Origin: an uncultured Acidobacteriota bacterium
GTDB lineage: Bacteria > Acidobacteriota > Thermoanaerobaculia > Multivoradales > JAHEKO01
Length of the DNA: 64,000 nucleotides
NCBI GenBank assembly: GCA_963713825.1
Contig: CAVQNG010000003.1
Coordinates: 736,001 to 800,000, forward strand
Direction of reading: 5' to 3'
Positions 52,861 through 61,721 of this stretch are shown here, piece after piece. The translations under genes were made by a program, and so were the position numbers. Position 1 is the stretch's first letter. Every line of letters begins with the position of its first letter. A model generated the notes under the pieces. The model was not told where the DNA came from and did no database searches. It saw only the letters and a program-made list of their open reading frames with translations.

Positions 52861-53988
52861 TCATTTGGACATCGGCCGCAGGAGGCCGACCGTCAATCTC
52901 GCCGCGCCACCGAGGCCGAGGCTTCTCAACGGCTGCTCGCGAGAGTGGATCGCCAGAAGTCGCGAGAACAAGACCGGGCTGTCAGACAGCGTCTCGATCA
53001 GGCGGTGGCGCAGGACGGGGCGCCGCTCGACGAAAAGTAGGCCAGCGATGAGAGCGTTGGGCAGGCGCGCGAGACGAGCTACTCGCCGTTCGTACTCGAG
53101 AAGGTCATCGTTCTCGATGGCTGCCGCCAAGGCCGACGCCTGAAGAAAGGCCATCGACAACCCCTCTCCAGTGATCGCGTCTCGATAGCCAGCCGCGTCA
53201 CCCACCAGGACCACTCTCTCTCTCGCTATCCGGGAGGCTCGGTGACGCAAAGGGCCCGCACCGCGGACCCGACTCGCGGGCTCTGCGCCCTGCAGTCGTC
53301 GTTCCAGAGCGGGAAATCTTGCGAGCAATTGCTCGAAATTGGCCTTCTGCCCACTCCACAGGAGAGCCACGCCAACCTCGCTCGACCCCACCGGCGTCAC
53401 GTAGGCCTCGCATTCAGATCCCCAGTAGACCTCGACCAGGTCGGTCCATGGCTGGCTCCGGAAGTGCCGCCTGACCCCGAAGCGCTGCGGTCCGATCGAC
53501 GATCCCTCGAGCCCAGCCCATCGCCGAACCCGGGACCTGAGGCCATCAGCACCCACAATCCACCGGGCCGAGATCCGCCCGCGCTCGGTCATCACTCCCT
53601 GAGCCGAGACCCCATGCACTTTTTCTCCCCAAACGAGCTCTGCGCCACCGTCCGCGGCCCTTTCCACCATGGCTGTGTGCAGCTCCGTGCGGCGTACTCC
53701 CATCGCACATCGTGAAGGGAACCGAGCCTCTGCAACCGTCTCGCCGTCGATATATCGGATGCCCCTGATCTTGTAGCAGGCTCTCTGATCGAGATCGATC
53801 CCCATCGCCTTCAGTCGCGCCACGCCTTCGGGCATGATCCCCTCACCGCATGCCTTGTCGACCGGGGGTCGCGACCCCTCCAAGACCATGACCTCGATTC
53901 CCCGCTGACGCAGCTCGATCGCCGTGGCCAGACCGGCCGGTCCGCCACCAATCACCACCACCTCGCGATCATGTGCTCTTCCAGCCAC
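52861..53988 (-). CDS. FAD-dependent oxidoreductase/monooxygenase (geranylgeranyl-reductase-like; FtpE/SrsC-like)
   Basis: GGGPAG, DKACGEG, GADG, GDAAGY.D.ITGEG. Confidence 0.85.
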   Translation of the reverse strand: MAGRAHDREVVVIGGGPAGLATAIELRQRGIEVMVLEGSRPPVDKACGEGIMPEGVARLKAMGIDLDQRACYKIRGIRYIDGETVAEARFPSRCAMGVRRTELHTAMVERAADGGAELVWGEKVHGVSAQGVMTERGRISARWIVGADGLRSRVRRWAGLEGSSIGPQRFGVRRHFRSQPWTDLVEVYWGSECEAYVTPVGSSEVGVALLWSGQKANFEQLLARFPALERRLQGAEPASRVRGAGPLRHRASRIARERVVLVGDAAGYRDAITGEGLSMAFLQASALAAAIENDDLLEYERRVARLARLPNALIAGLLFVERRPVLRHRLIETLSDSPVLFSRLLAIHSREQPLRSLGLGGAARLTVGLLRPMSK

Positions 53989-55741
53989 CTCGCCTCCTCC
54001 GTCGCCAACGCTGGAAGGCCCTGGAAGACCGCCACCACGATCTGGTCAACACCAGCGCAGAGACTGGGCCAGCCGGAGTCAGCTCGTCAGCCAAGAATCG
54101 CCGCAGGGTTTCCGCCCGCCGAATCTTGCCCGAAGAGGTTCGCGGCAGGGTCCCCGGCTCCAGCACCACGACCCGGTCAACCGCTATGCCACTCGTCTTG
54201 AGGACTTCTTGGCGGCAACTCTCCTCGATTGCCTCGGGGGTCTGCCGAGAACCACTCGAGCTGCGTTCGACAAAAAGCCACACCGCCTCGGCCTCAGAGC
54301 TCTCTGGGCGATGACTGACCGCTGCCACGCAACCCTTGCGGACGCTCTTCAAGCCCGCTAGGGCAAATTCCAACTCCTCTGGTGCGTGGTTCTGCCCGCG
54401 CACGATCAGGACATCCTTCGCCCTGCCGGTGATGAACAGCTCGCCTTCGACACGAACGCCGAGATCTCCTGTGTCGAGCCACCCGTCCCTGAGCACCGCT
54501 GCAGTGCTGCCGGGACGGTCCAGATACTCCTTCATGAGAGATGGCCCCTGTACCCAGATCCGGCCCACAGAACCGTCTCTGTTCTCCTGTCCAGCCTCGT
54601 CCCGGACCGAGATTCGAAATCCGGGAAGTGGTTGCCCCACGGACACCAGTTCGATGCCATCTGGCTCCGGTATTGCCAAGCCTTGCTCGGACAGGGCTCG
54701 GCGCTCGAATCTCTGACTGAGAAAGCCCCGTTCAATAGGGCTGAAGGTTACAGCCAGAGAAGCCTCCGAAAGACCGTACACCGGCGTCAGTGCCCGCGGT
54801 GAGAATCCCCATCGGGCAAAACGCTCTGCAAACCTCCGCAACACCGCGGGCGCGACCGGCTCCGAGCCGTTCAGGGCCACCTTCCAGCAGGACAGGTCGA
54901 CCCCCTCCATCGCTTCGTCGGACACCTTGTCGACGCAAAGCCCATAGGCGAAGTTGGGGGCCGGAGAAACGGTTGCGCGATAGCGGGAGATGGCTCGCAA
55001 CCAGACCTCGGGGCGCGCCACGAAGACCTCGGGTGGGATCAGGGTCAACACCGATGGCCGCTCCAGTGCCGGGAAGACGCAGCCGATCAATCCCATGTCG
55101 TGGTAGAGCGGCAGCCACGAAGCGCCGGAGTGGCGCACCTCGGCCGTGTCTGGCCAGTATCGATTCAGCGCCTTGACCTGCGCCATCACCGCGCGGTGGG
55201 TAAGCGCTACCGGTTTCGGGTCTACCGTCGTTCCCGACGAGAATTGCACCAGGGCGAGGTCCTCTGGGCTCGCCTCAGGAAGACGGCCATCACCGCTCGG
55301 CAGTTCGTCGAGGACCAGACAACCCAACTCGGGGTCGGCCCGCTCCATGGTCTGGCCGAGAATGCCGCGAACTCGCGACGAAACCAGCACGACCCGCGCT
55401 GAGACTGCCTGTAGAAGGCTTGCTGTTCGAGCGTGGTACTCCTCCAACCTTCCCAGGCGAACCGGCGGGTAGAGCGGTACGGGGATAGCACCGACCAACA
55501 AGGCTCCAAAGAAGGCGAAAAAGAAGCCCTTTTCAGTGGGGAACACCAGCGCGACCCTGTCACCACGACTCACCCCGAGCCGACGAAGCCCCGAGGCCAC
55601 CCTGAGCGACTCTTCGAAGACGTCCGACCAACTCAGCCACTCGGGTTGCTCTCTTCTGTCGAGCAGGCGAAGACCCGCGTCTGGAAACTCCACCGCTCTC
55701 TCCAGGGCCTTCTGCAGCGTGGTGGCTTTCGCTCTCTGCAT
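53969..55741 (-). CDS. Fatty acyl-AMP ligase (FAAL)
   Basis: QFSSGTT.PK, SWLPLYHDMGLIG, PNFAY, YGLSE, TGDLG, GRAKD, PRTSSGK. Start uncertain (ORF to 55816). Confidence 0.92.
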   Translation of the reverse strand: MQRAKATTLQKALERAVEFPDAGLRLLDRREQPEWLSWSDVFEESLRVASGLRRLGVSRGDRVALVFPTEKGFFFAFFGALLVGAIPVPLYPPVRLGRLEEYHARTASLLQAVSARVVLVSSRVRGILGQTMERADPELGCLVLDELPSGDGRLPEASPEDLALVQFSSGTTVDPKPVALTHRAVMAQVKALNRYWPDTAEVRHSGASWLPLYHDMGLIGCVFPALERPSVLTLIPPEVFVARPEVWLRAISRYRATVSPAPNFAYGLCVDKVSDEAMEGVDLSCWKVALNGSEPVAPAVLRRFAERFARWGFSPRALTPVYGLSEASLAVTFSPIERGFLSQRFERRALSEQGLAIPEPDGIELVSVGQPLPGFRISVRDEAGQENRDGSVGRIWVQGPSLMKEYLDRPGSTAAVLRDGWLDTGDLGVRVEGELFITGRAKDVLIVRGQNHAPEELEFALAGLKSVRKGCVAAVSHRPESSEAEAVWLFVERSSSGSRQTPEAIEESCRQEVLKTSGIAVDRVVVLEPGTLPRTSSGKIRRAETLRRFLADELTPAGPVSALVLTRSWWRSSRAFQRWRRRRRGGWKST

Positions 55742-55748
55742 CACAGCT

Positions 55749-55991
55749 TCAACCGACGCTCTTCTGCTCAATGACTCGCACCAGGTCTCCGACGGTCTCG
55801 ATTCCCGCCTCGTCATCCTCGTCCAAGCAAATCCGAAAGTGGTTCTCTACCTCGACCGCCAGTGTCAGGAGCTTCAAGGAGTCGAGCTCCAGGTCCTCGA
55901 TCAGGTGCATATCCGGGCGCAGCTCCCCCTTCCAGCCCAGATGCCTCTGCGCTACCAGAGCCACACCTTCCAAGGTCGACTCCTGTTTCAT
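55749..55991 (-). CDS. Acyl carrier protein
   Basis: 80 aa, acidic, DLELDSL phosphopantetheine motif. Confidence 0.9.
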   Translation of the reverse strand: MKQESTLEGVALVAQRHLGWKGELRPDMHLIEDLELDSLKLLTLAVEVENHFRICLDEDDEAGIETVGDLVRVIEQKSVG

Positions 55992-56518
55992 TCAACCACC
56001 TCGGCTCCCTCTCGCAGCGCCGTCTCTTCCACTCTGATGCGCGTCCTCAGGAGACTGGCGTTGAGAATGCTGTAGATCAGAGCGGTAAGCCAAGCGGTGT
56101 GGACCAAGGGAAGAGCTGCGATCTCCAAGACAACGGCCAGATAGTTCGGATGGTCGAGGAAACGAAATGGGCCCGCTGTGATCCTGGATTCTTTGGCCCG
56201 CAGCACCCGCGTCGTCCAGCGCCGGCCCAAGGTCACGACCACCCAATAGCGCAGAGCCATCGCCACCATCAAGAGCAGCAGCATCGCCAGCGCCAGCGGT
56301 GGAATCAGTGGCCGCTCCAGGAACCATACTTCCATGGGGGCCGCCAACAGAAAGGTCGAGTGGAGCATGACCATCCAAGGATAGTGGGACTCGCCCACCT
56401 CGACGGCGCCACGAGCCAGCAACCAGCGCCGGTTGCGACTCGCCAGCCGCAACTCCACGAGCCGCTCCAGACCAACCAATGCGATCAGGGCGGTAAAAAG
56501 CCACCGACTGTCTACCAT
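55988..56518 (-). CDS. Isoprenylcysteine carboxyl methyltransferase-family membrane methyltransferase (SrsB/BpsB-like)
   Basis: ERLVEL...RN, LG.RWTTR, GPFRFL.HPNY, RI..EE.AL. Confidence 0.9.
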   Translation of the reverse strand: MVDSRWLFTALIALVGLERLVELRLASRNRRWLLARGAVEVGESHYPWMVMLHSTFLLAAPMEVWFLERPLIPPLALAMLLLLMVAMALRYWVVVTLGRRWTTRVLRAKESRITAGPFRFLDHPNYLAVVLEIAALPLVHTAWLTALIYSILNASLLRTRIRVEETALREGAEVVE

Positions 56519-57561
56519 TCCAACAGCACCAGCTCGGAGCAGAAGCCCGGCCCCATGGCCAGCAGCATTCCATAGCTGCCCGGTTCGGGTGGTCGAGATC
56601 TCATCGTCTCTTGCAGCACGAGAAGGACAGATGTCGAGGAGAGATTTCCAACCGTCTCGAGGCTCTCTCTGGTCAAGTCCAACGCGTCGGGCTGGAGCTC
56701 GAGGGCGGTCTCGAGGGCGCTCACGACCTTCGGTCCGCCAGGATGAGCCACCCAGGAGACGATATCGCTGCGGCTCAGCCCCTGTGCGCCGAGAAAAGCG
56801 TCGACGTCTTGTCGCAGGTTCCGCCGGGCCATCTCCGGGACGTCGGCCGAGAGAACGACCTGGAAACCCTTCTCGGAGATGTCCCAGCCCATGACCCTCT
56901 CGGTATCTGGATAAAAGACCGAGCGAGTGGCCACAATGCGCGGACCTGATGCCGGCCGCTCCTCACCCACCACGATTACGGCCGCTGCACCATCGCCGAA
57001 CAGGCCTGATGAAATGAGGTTGGGAATCGATAGATCCTGAAGCTGCAATGTCAGAGAACAAAGCTCCACCGAGAGCAGCACCGCAACCTCATCGGGGTAG
57101 GCCTTCACATAGTCGGCTGCCCTGGAGATCCCCGCCGCTCCGCCGACGCATCCCAGGCCGAAGATCGGCAGACGCTTGACTCTCGGCGACAGATCCAGCC
57201 GATTGACCAGACGCGCATCGATGGACGGTGTCGCCACGCCCGTCACCGAAACAAAAATAAGGCAGTCGACGTCGGCAGGTTCGAGCCTGGCCTGGGCGAG
57301 GGCTTCGCGAACGGCCTGCTCGCCGACATCCTGGGCGACTCGTATCCAAGCGTCATTGGACTGCCCCCAGCCCTCGAGCTGCGAATACTCTTCGATGGGA
57401 AGGGCCAGGTGTCTTCCACCAACCAACACATTCTTGTGCAGGGCCTCGAGACGGCCCTGGTTGTAGAGCTGCCGAGACCAGGTCCGTTTGAACTCCTCCA
57501 GCAACCGCTCTTGAGAGTAGTAATGGGGAGGAAACGCCGCACCCACGGATGCGATCTTCAT
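56512..57561 (-). CDS. Type III polyketide synthase
   Basis: Catalytic GLGC, VELCS, LFGDGA, HPGG, GNLSS, GPGF. Confidence 0.95.
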   Translation of the reverse strand: MKIASVGAAFPPHYYSQERLLEEFKRTWSRQLYNQGRLEALHKNVLVGGRHLALPIEEYSQLEGWGQSNDAWIRVAQDVGEQAVREALAQARLEPADVDCLIFVSVTGVATPSIDARLVNRLDLSPRVKRLPIFGLGCVGGAAGISRAADYVKAYPDEVAVLLSVELCSLTLQLQDLSIPNLISSGLFGDGAAAVIVVGEERPASGPRIVATRSVFYPDTERVMGWDISEKGFQVVLSADVPEMARRNLRQDVDAFLGAQGLSRSDIVSWVAHPGGPKVVSALETALELQPDALDLTRESLETVGNLSSTSVLLVLQETMRSRPPEPGSYGMLLAMGPGFCSELVLLEW

Positions 57562-57802
57562 TGCTTGAACACCTCGATCTTCCGCCCGGTCAAGACTCGT
57601 ACTCCGAGAGTTGGACTACTGCCCATTGTACGGGTTCGCGCGCGGGCTGGATCCGGTTCATTCGACCCCCTTGGGGTGGTCGATCATAGACCACGCGACT
57701 CCTTCGCGGTTCCCTCGAGCATGGGCTGGCTGTAGACTCGTCCACGCTCTACCCCTGGGTGATCCGAAACTCGCTGCATTTCGTATAGGCCCAGTAGACG
57801 TC

Positions 57803-58558
57803 ATGCGCCCGCTTCAGCCACAGCCTCTGCTCCTCGTCTTCACTCTCGGGCCGCACCGTGAGCAGCGACGCCGCAGTCTGCTGCCCGCGTGGCTACAGGG
57901 TGCCGAGCGGCGGCTCCACGAACAAAGCCTGGAATCGATTCTCGCCGCAGGGCGTTCTGCTGGCTGTGATTGCCGAGTGGCGGCACCATCGCCTCTCGAC
58001 CTGACCCCGAACTCGAAGCAGATCGAACAAACAGGCCGGTCCTTCGGAGAGCGACTCCGGGGCTCCATCCGGTCGGTCGAGTCGGACTCTGCGGGGCGGC
58101 CTACGATCGTCGTGGGGTCCGACTGCCCAGAGCTCTCGGCGGATCATCTGCGCGAGACCCTGCGCCATCTCGCCGACAATCCAGACCGCGTCGTGATCGG
58201 CCCAGCATCCGATGGCGGCTTTTATCTCTTGGCCTTCAATCGCCCTGTCGATACCGAGCTGTCCCGCGTCCGCTGGTGCCGGGAGGACACACTGAAGTGC
58301 CTGCTGGCGGCTCTACAGGAGAGCGGGCGCCCTGTCACCCTTCTCGAAGCGCTCGCAGATCTCGACACCACGAACGATCTCGAAAGATGGCTGGCGGCCA
58401 AGGTTCCAGCTCTCTCCGCATGGCGCCAGCTTCACCACTACCTCCGGCGCCTACTGTCTGGTCTCCGGCGCCCTTCAGTTCCCGCCGTGATGGGGACACC
58501 GATACCGGTCTCTGCCCATCCCCGCCGGGGACGCTCTCCTCCAGCCCGTCGACACTGA
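57803..58558 (+). CDS. DUF2064 / TIGR04282-like (CofC/GT-A fold) transferase
   Basis: Q.G.SFGERL, VGSDCP, IGPA.DGGFYL, DLD...DL; C-terminal tail ending RGRSPPARRH. Confidence 0.85.
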   Translation: MRPLQPQPLLLVFTLGPHREQRRRSLLPAWLQGAERRLHEQSLESILAAGRSAGCDCRVAAPSPLDLTPNSKQIEQTGRSFGERLRGSIRSVESDSAGRPTIVVGSDCPELSADHLRETLRHLADNPDRVVIGPASDGGFYLLAFNRPVDTELSRVRWCREDTLKCLLAALQESGRPVTLLEALADLDTTNDLERWLAAKVPALSAWRQLHHYLRRLLSGLRRPSVPAVMGTPIPVSAHPRRGRSPPARRH

Positions 58559-58658
58559 GAGCCGATCATCTCCTGCCGCCGTCGAAACAGTCGGCTGGCC
58601 GAAAACCCTGTCGTCCGACCCGGAGATTCGCGTCTCCCTTTCGAGGTAGTTAGACATC

Positions 58659-59816
58659 ATGACAACAGTCAGTGTGGAGCAAGTGGTCAGGGACCGCTAC
58701 AGCCTGGGTGCCGAAACGCGAGTGGCAGCGCTGTGCTGCCCAACGGACTATGACCCGCGGTACCTCGAGGTGATCCCGCAGGAAGTCCTCGAGCGCGACT
58801 ATGGTTGCGGCGACCCCAGCCAATACCTCAAAGAGGGCGAGACGGTCCTCGACCTGGGCAGCGGCACGGGGAAGATCTGCTTCATCGCCGCTCAGGTCGT
58901 GGGGGAGACGGGGCGCGTTATCGGCATCGACATGACTCCGGAGATGCTGACCGTGGCGCGCCAGGCAGCACCAGCGGTCGCCTCGCAGCTCGGCTTTTCC
59001 AACGTCGAGTTTCGACGTGGCCGAATCCAGGACTTGAGGCTCGACCTCGACCTGTTGGAGGAAGTCATGGTCGAGAATCCGGTGGGCGACGTGGAAGGCC
59101 TGCTAGAGATTCAGGGACGCAGCGACGAGTTACGTGCCAACCAACCTCTCGTAGACAATGACTCGGTCGATGTCGTGGTTTCCAACTGCGTCCTCAACCT
59201 GGTGGACAATCGCCAGAAGGAGGTGCTATTCGAGGAGATCTATCGCGTCCTGCGGCGCGGCGGGCGCGCCGTTATCTCCGACATCGTCAGTGACGAACCG
59301 GTTCCAGATGCGATGCAGAACGACCCCGATCTTTGGAGCGGCTGTCTCTCTGGAGCGCTGACGGAAGAGGGGTTCTTGGCCGCCTTCGAAGAGGCCGGGT
59401 TTCACGGTGTCCGCATCCTGATTCGCCAGCAGGAGCCCTGGCAAACGGTGAGTGGCATCGAGTTCCGCTCGGTGACCGTGGAGGCCTTTAAGGGCAAAGA
59501 GGGACCCTGTTGGGAGCGCAATCAGGCCGTCATCTACAGGGGCCCGTTCAAGGAGGTTCTGGACGACGACGACCACCGACTAGAGCGCGGCCGACGCTAC
59601 GCGGTCTGTGACAAGACCTACAACCTCTACCGTCAGGAGCCCTATCGCGACTCCTTCGAGTTCGTGGAGCCGCTGGAGGAGATTGCCCTCGAGGAGGCCC
59701 AGCCCTTCGACTGTTCTAGAACTCCTCTGCGTCAGCCCAAGGAAACCAAGGGGCGGGACTACGATCTGACGTCTACAGCGGCCGAATCCTGCTGCGGCCC
59801 GGAGGGCTGCTGTTAG
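58659..59816 (+). CDS. arsM: Arsenite S-adenosylmethionine methyltransferase-like protein
   Basis: Four AS3MT-type Cys motifs (LCCP, YGCGDP, SNCVLNL, WSGCLSGAL); LDLGSGTG; C-terminal CC..CC. Confidence 0.82.
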   Translation: MTTVSVEQVVRDRYSLGAETRVAALCCPTDYDPRYLEVIPQEVLERDYGCGDPSQYLKEGETVLDLGSGTGKICFIAAQVVGETGRVIGIDMTPEMLTVARQAAPAVASQLGFSNVEFRRGRIQDLRLDLDLLEEVMVENPVGDVEGLLEIQGRSDELRANQPLVDNDSVDVVVSNCVLNLVDNRQKEVLFEEIYRVLRRGGRAVISDIVSDEPVPDAMQNDPDLWSGCLSGALTEEGFLAAFEEAGFHGVRILIRQQEPWQTVSGIEFRSVTVEAFKGKEGPCWERNQAVIYRGPFKEVLDDDDHRLERGRRYAVCDKTYNLYRQEPYRDSFEFVEPLEEIALEEAQPFDCSRTPLRQPKETKGRDYDLTSTAAESCCGPEGCC

Positions 59817-60700
59817 TGCCGACCCTCGAGGCCTCTGAGGCCCCGGCGCCGCGAGTCGCCCTGAGCGCACTCGACACACTCTGGTTCCAGGTGGCCGGCA
59901 CGGTGTGCAACCTGGCTTGCACCCACTGCTTCGTTTCCAGCTCTCCCACCAACAGGACCCACGACTTCCTCTCCTTGAAAGCGATCCTCCCTTATCTCGA
60001 AGAAGCCTCGAAGCTCGGGGTCAAGGAGCTCTACTTCACTGGCGGCGAGCCCTTCTTGAACCCGGAGTTGGAATCGATTCTCGTTAGAGCTCTCGACGTC
60101 GGCCCCGTAACGGTGTTGACGAACGGCCTGCTGTTGGACCCGCCTCGCTGCCGCCGGCTGAGCAGGTTCGCCGAGCAGACCGACTACTCTCTCGATTTTC
60201 GGATCTCTCTGGATGGCTACGCTGCCGAGACCAACGACCCCATTCGCGGTGAGGGCACCTTTGAGAGAATCCTCCAGGGCGTGTCGAACCTGGTTGCGGC
60301 GGGCTTGAATCCTGTCATTACGGTCACCGAAGTCTACGAGGAGAACGGCTCCGTGCATGGCAAGGAGCGCTTTTTCGACCTCCTGCGAAGCCTGGGGGTG
60401 GCCAAGCCGCGGCTCAAGATGCTACCTGTTTTTCAGATCGGGGCCGAAGCAGAGCGCACCGGTGCCTACGAGACTTGGCAACGACTGCGAGACTCGGACA
60501 CCCCGGATGAGGGTTGGAGCCATCTCCAGTGCAGCTCTTGCCGGATGGTGACGGACCAGGGTGTGTGGGTCTGTCCCATTCTCGTCAACGAGCCACAAGG
60601 CAAGATGGGACAGACCCTGTCCGACACACTCGCGCCGTTCGCCCTGGATCACCCTGCCTGTTGGACATGCCACGTCTACGGAGTCTCCTGCAAGACATGA
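59816..60700 (+). CDS. Radical SAM protein, ArsS-related
   Basis: LDTLWFQV.G..CNLACTHC..SSP, TGGEP, ISLDG, RG.GTF, C-terminal CSSCRM..CP..C..C...SC. Confidence 0.8.
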   Translation: MPTLEASEAPAPRVALSALDTLWFQVAGTVCNLACTHCFVSSSPTNRTHDFLSLKAILPYLEEASKLGVKELYFTGGEPFLNPELESILVRALDVGPVTVLTNGLLLDPPRCRRLSRFAEQTDYSLDFRISLDGYAAETNDPIRGEGTFERILQGVSNLVAAGLNPVITVTEVYEENGSVHGKERFFDLLRSLGVAKPRLKMLPVFQIGAEAERTGAYETWQRLRDSDTPDEGWSHLQCSSCRMVTDQGVWVCPILVNEPQGKMGQTLSDTLAPFALDHPACWTCHVYGVSCKT

Positions 60701-61674
60701 GCGACGACACGGACCACGGCAAGCTGACCGCCCATAGAGGTCTGGCCACCTGGGGCGAGCGGCTGGTTCCTCTCGACAGGTTTCGCCAGGCAACCGAGAG
60801 TGCGGGCCGCCGATTGTCCGAGGTCGAACGCGTGGCGGAGCGAGGCGATTTTCTCGCCCGAGAGCAAGACGCCCTTCCGCACGAGGGCCCCTACTCGAAG
60901 ATCGCGGTCTTCGGTGGCGTCTACAACAACCATCGCGCCTTGGAGGCGGTCTTGGCGGCTGCCCAGAGGAGCGGCGCCGAAGCCGTCTACTGCCTCGGTG
61001 ACCTCGGAGGGTTCGGACCTTCGCCGGAAAAAGTCTGGCCACTGCTGCTCGACGGTGGGGTCGAGACGATCCAAGGCAACTACGAGGCATCGTTGTCCAG
61101 TGGCCGAGAGGACTGCAACTGCGGCTATACCGACCCCAGGGACAACCACTTCGCAACACTGTCCTACCGCTACACCGCCGAGAACTGCTCCTCCGAATTC
61201 AAACGCTGGATGGGCGAGTTACCGCTCCGGCGGCGTGTCCGCGTCGGCCAGCGCAAACTTCTCCTGGTGCACGGGTCACCCCGCCGGATCAACGAATTCT
61301 TGTTTCATTCCACCTCGCCCGTGGCCTTTCTCGAGGTGCTCCTGGACCAGGAATGCTGCGACGGCCTGCTCTGCACCCACACCGGCCTCCAGTGGCACCG
61401 CCGCCTGCCCTCGGGCCGCGATGTGGTGAACGTGGGCGTCATCGGCAGGCCATCCAACAACGGCCAGACCGAGGTCTGGTACTCCCTGCTCGAAGATCGG
61501 GACGGCGTTCTGGGAGTGCAATTGCTTCCCCTCGAGTACGATCATGTCTCTCTGGCGGCCGAGATGCAGCAGCAGGGTCTGCCGCAGGAGTTCATCGACA
61601 CTATCCTCCAGGGCTGGTGGACGACCTGCCTGGAGATCCTGCCCGCTCGCGAACGCGCCAGGTCGCGTTACTAG
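60697..61674 (+). CDS. Atypical Cys-rich metallophosphoesterase-fold protein
   Basis: CLGD, GNYE and HGSP retained; DxH replaced by GVY and GHTH by THTG; DCNCGY. ATGA overlap with the radical SAM gene. Confidence 0.82.
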   Translation: MSDDTDHGKLTAHRGLATWGERLVPLDRFRQATESAGRRLSEVERVAERGDFLAREQDALPHEGPYSKIAVFGGVYNNHRALEAVLAAAQRSGAEAVYCLGDLGGFGPSPEKVWPLLLDGGVETIQGNYEASLSSGREDCNCGYTDPRDNHFATLSYRYTAENCSSEFKRWMGELPLRRRVRVGQRKLLLVHGSPRRINEFLFHSTSPVAFLEVLLDQECCDGLLCTHTGLQWHRRLPSGRDVVNVGVIGRPSNNGQTEVWYSLLEDRDGVLGVQLLPLEYDHVSLAAEMQQQGLPQEFIDTILQGWWTTCLEILPARERARSRY

Positions 61675-61721
61675 GGCCCCAGAATCTTGGAAGAAGAGTC
61701 CATTCCCCTCGGAGACCCCTT

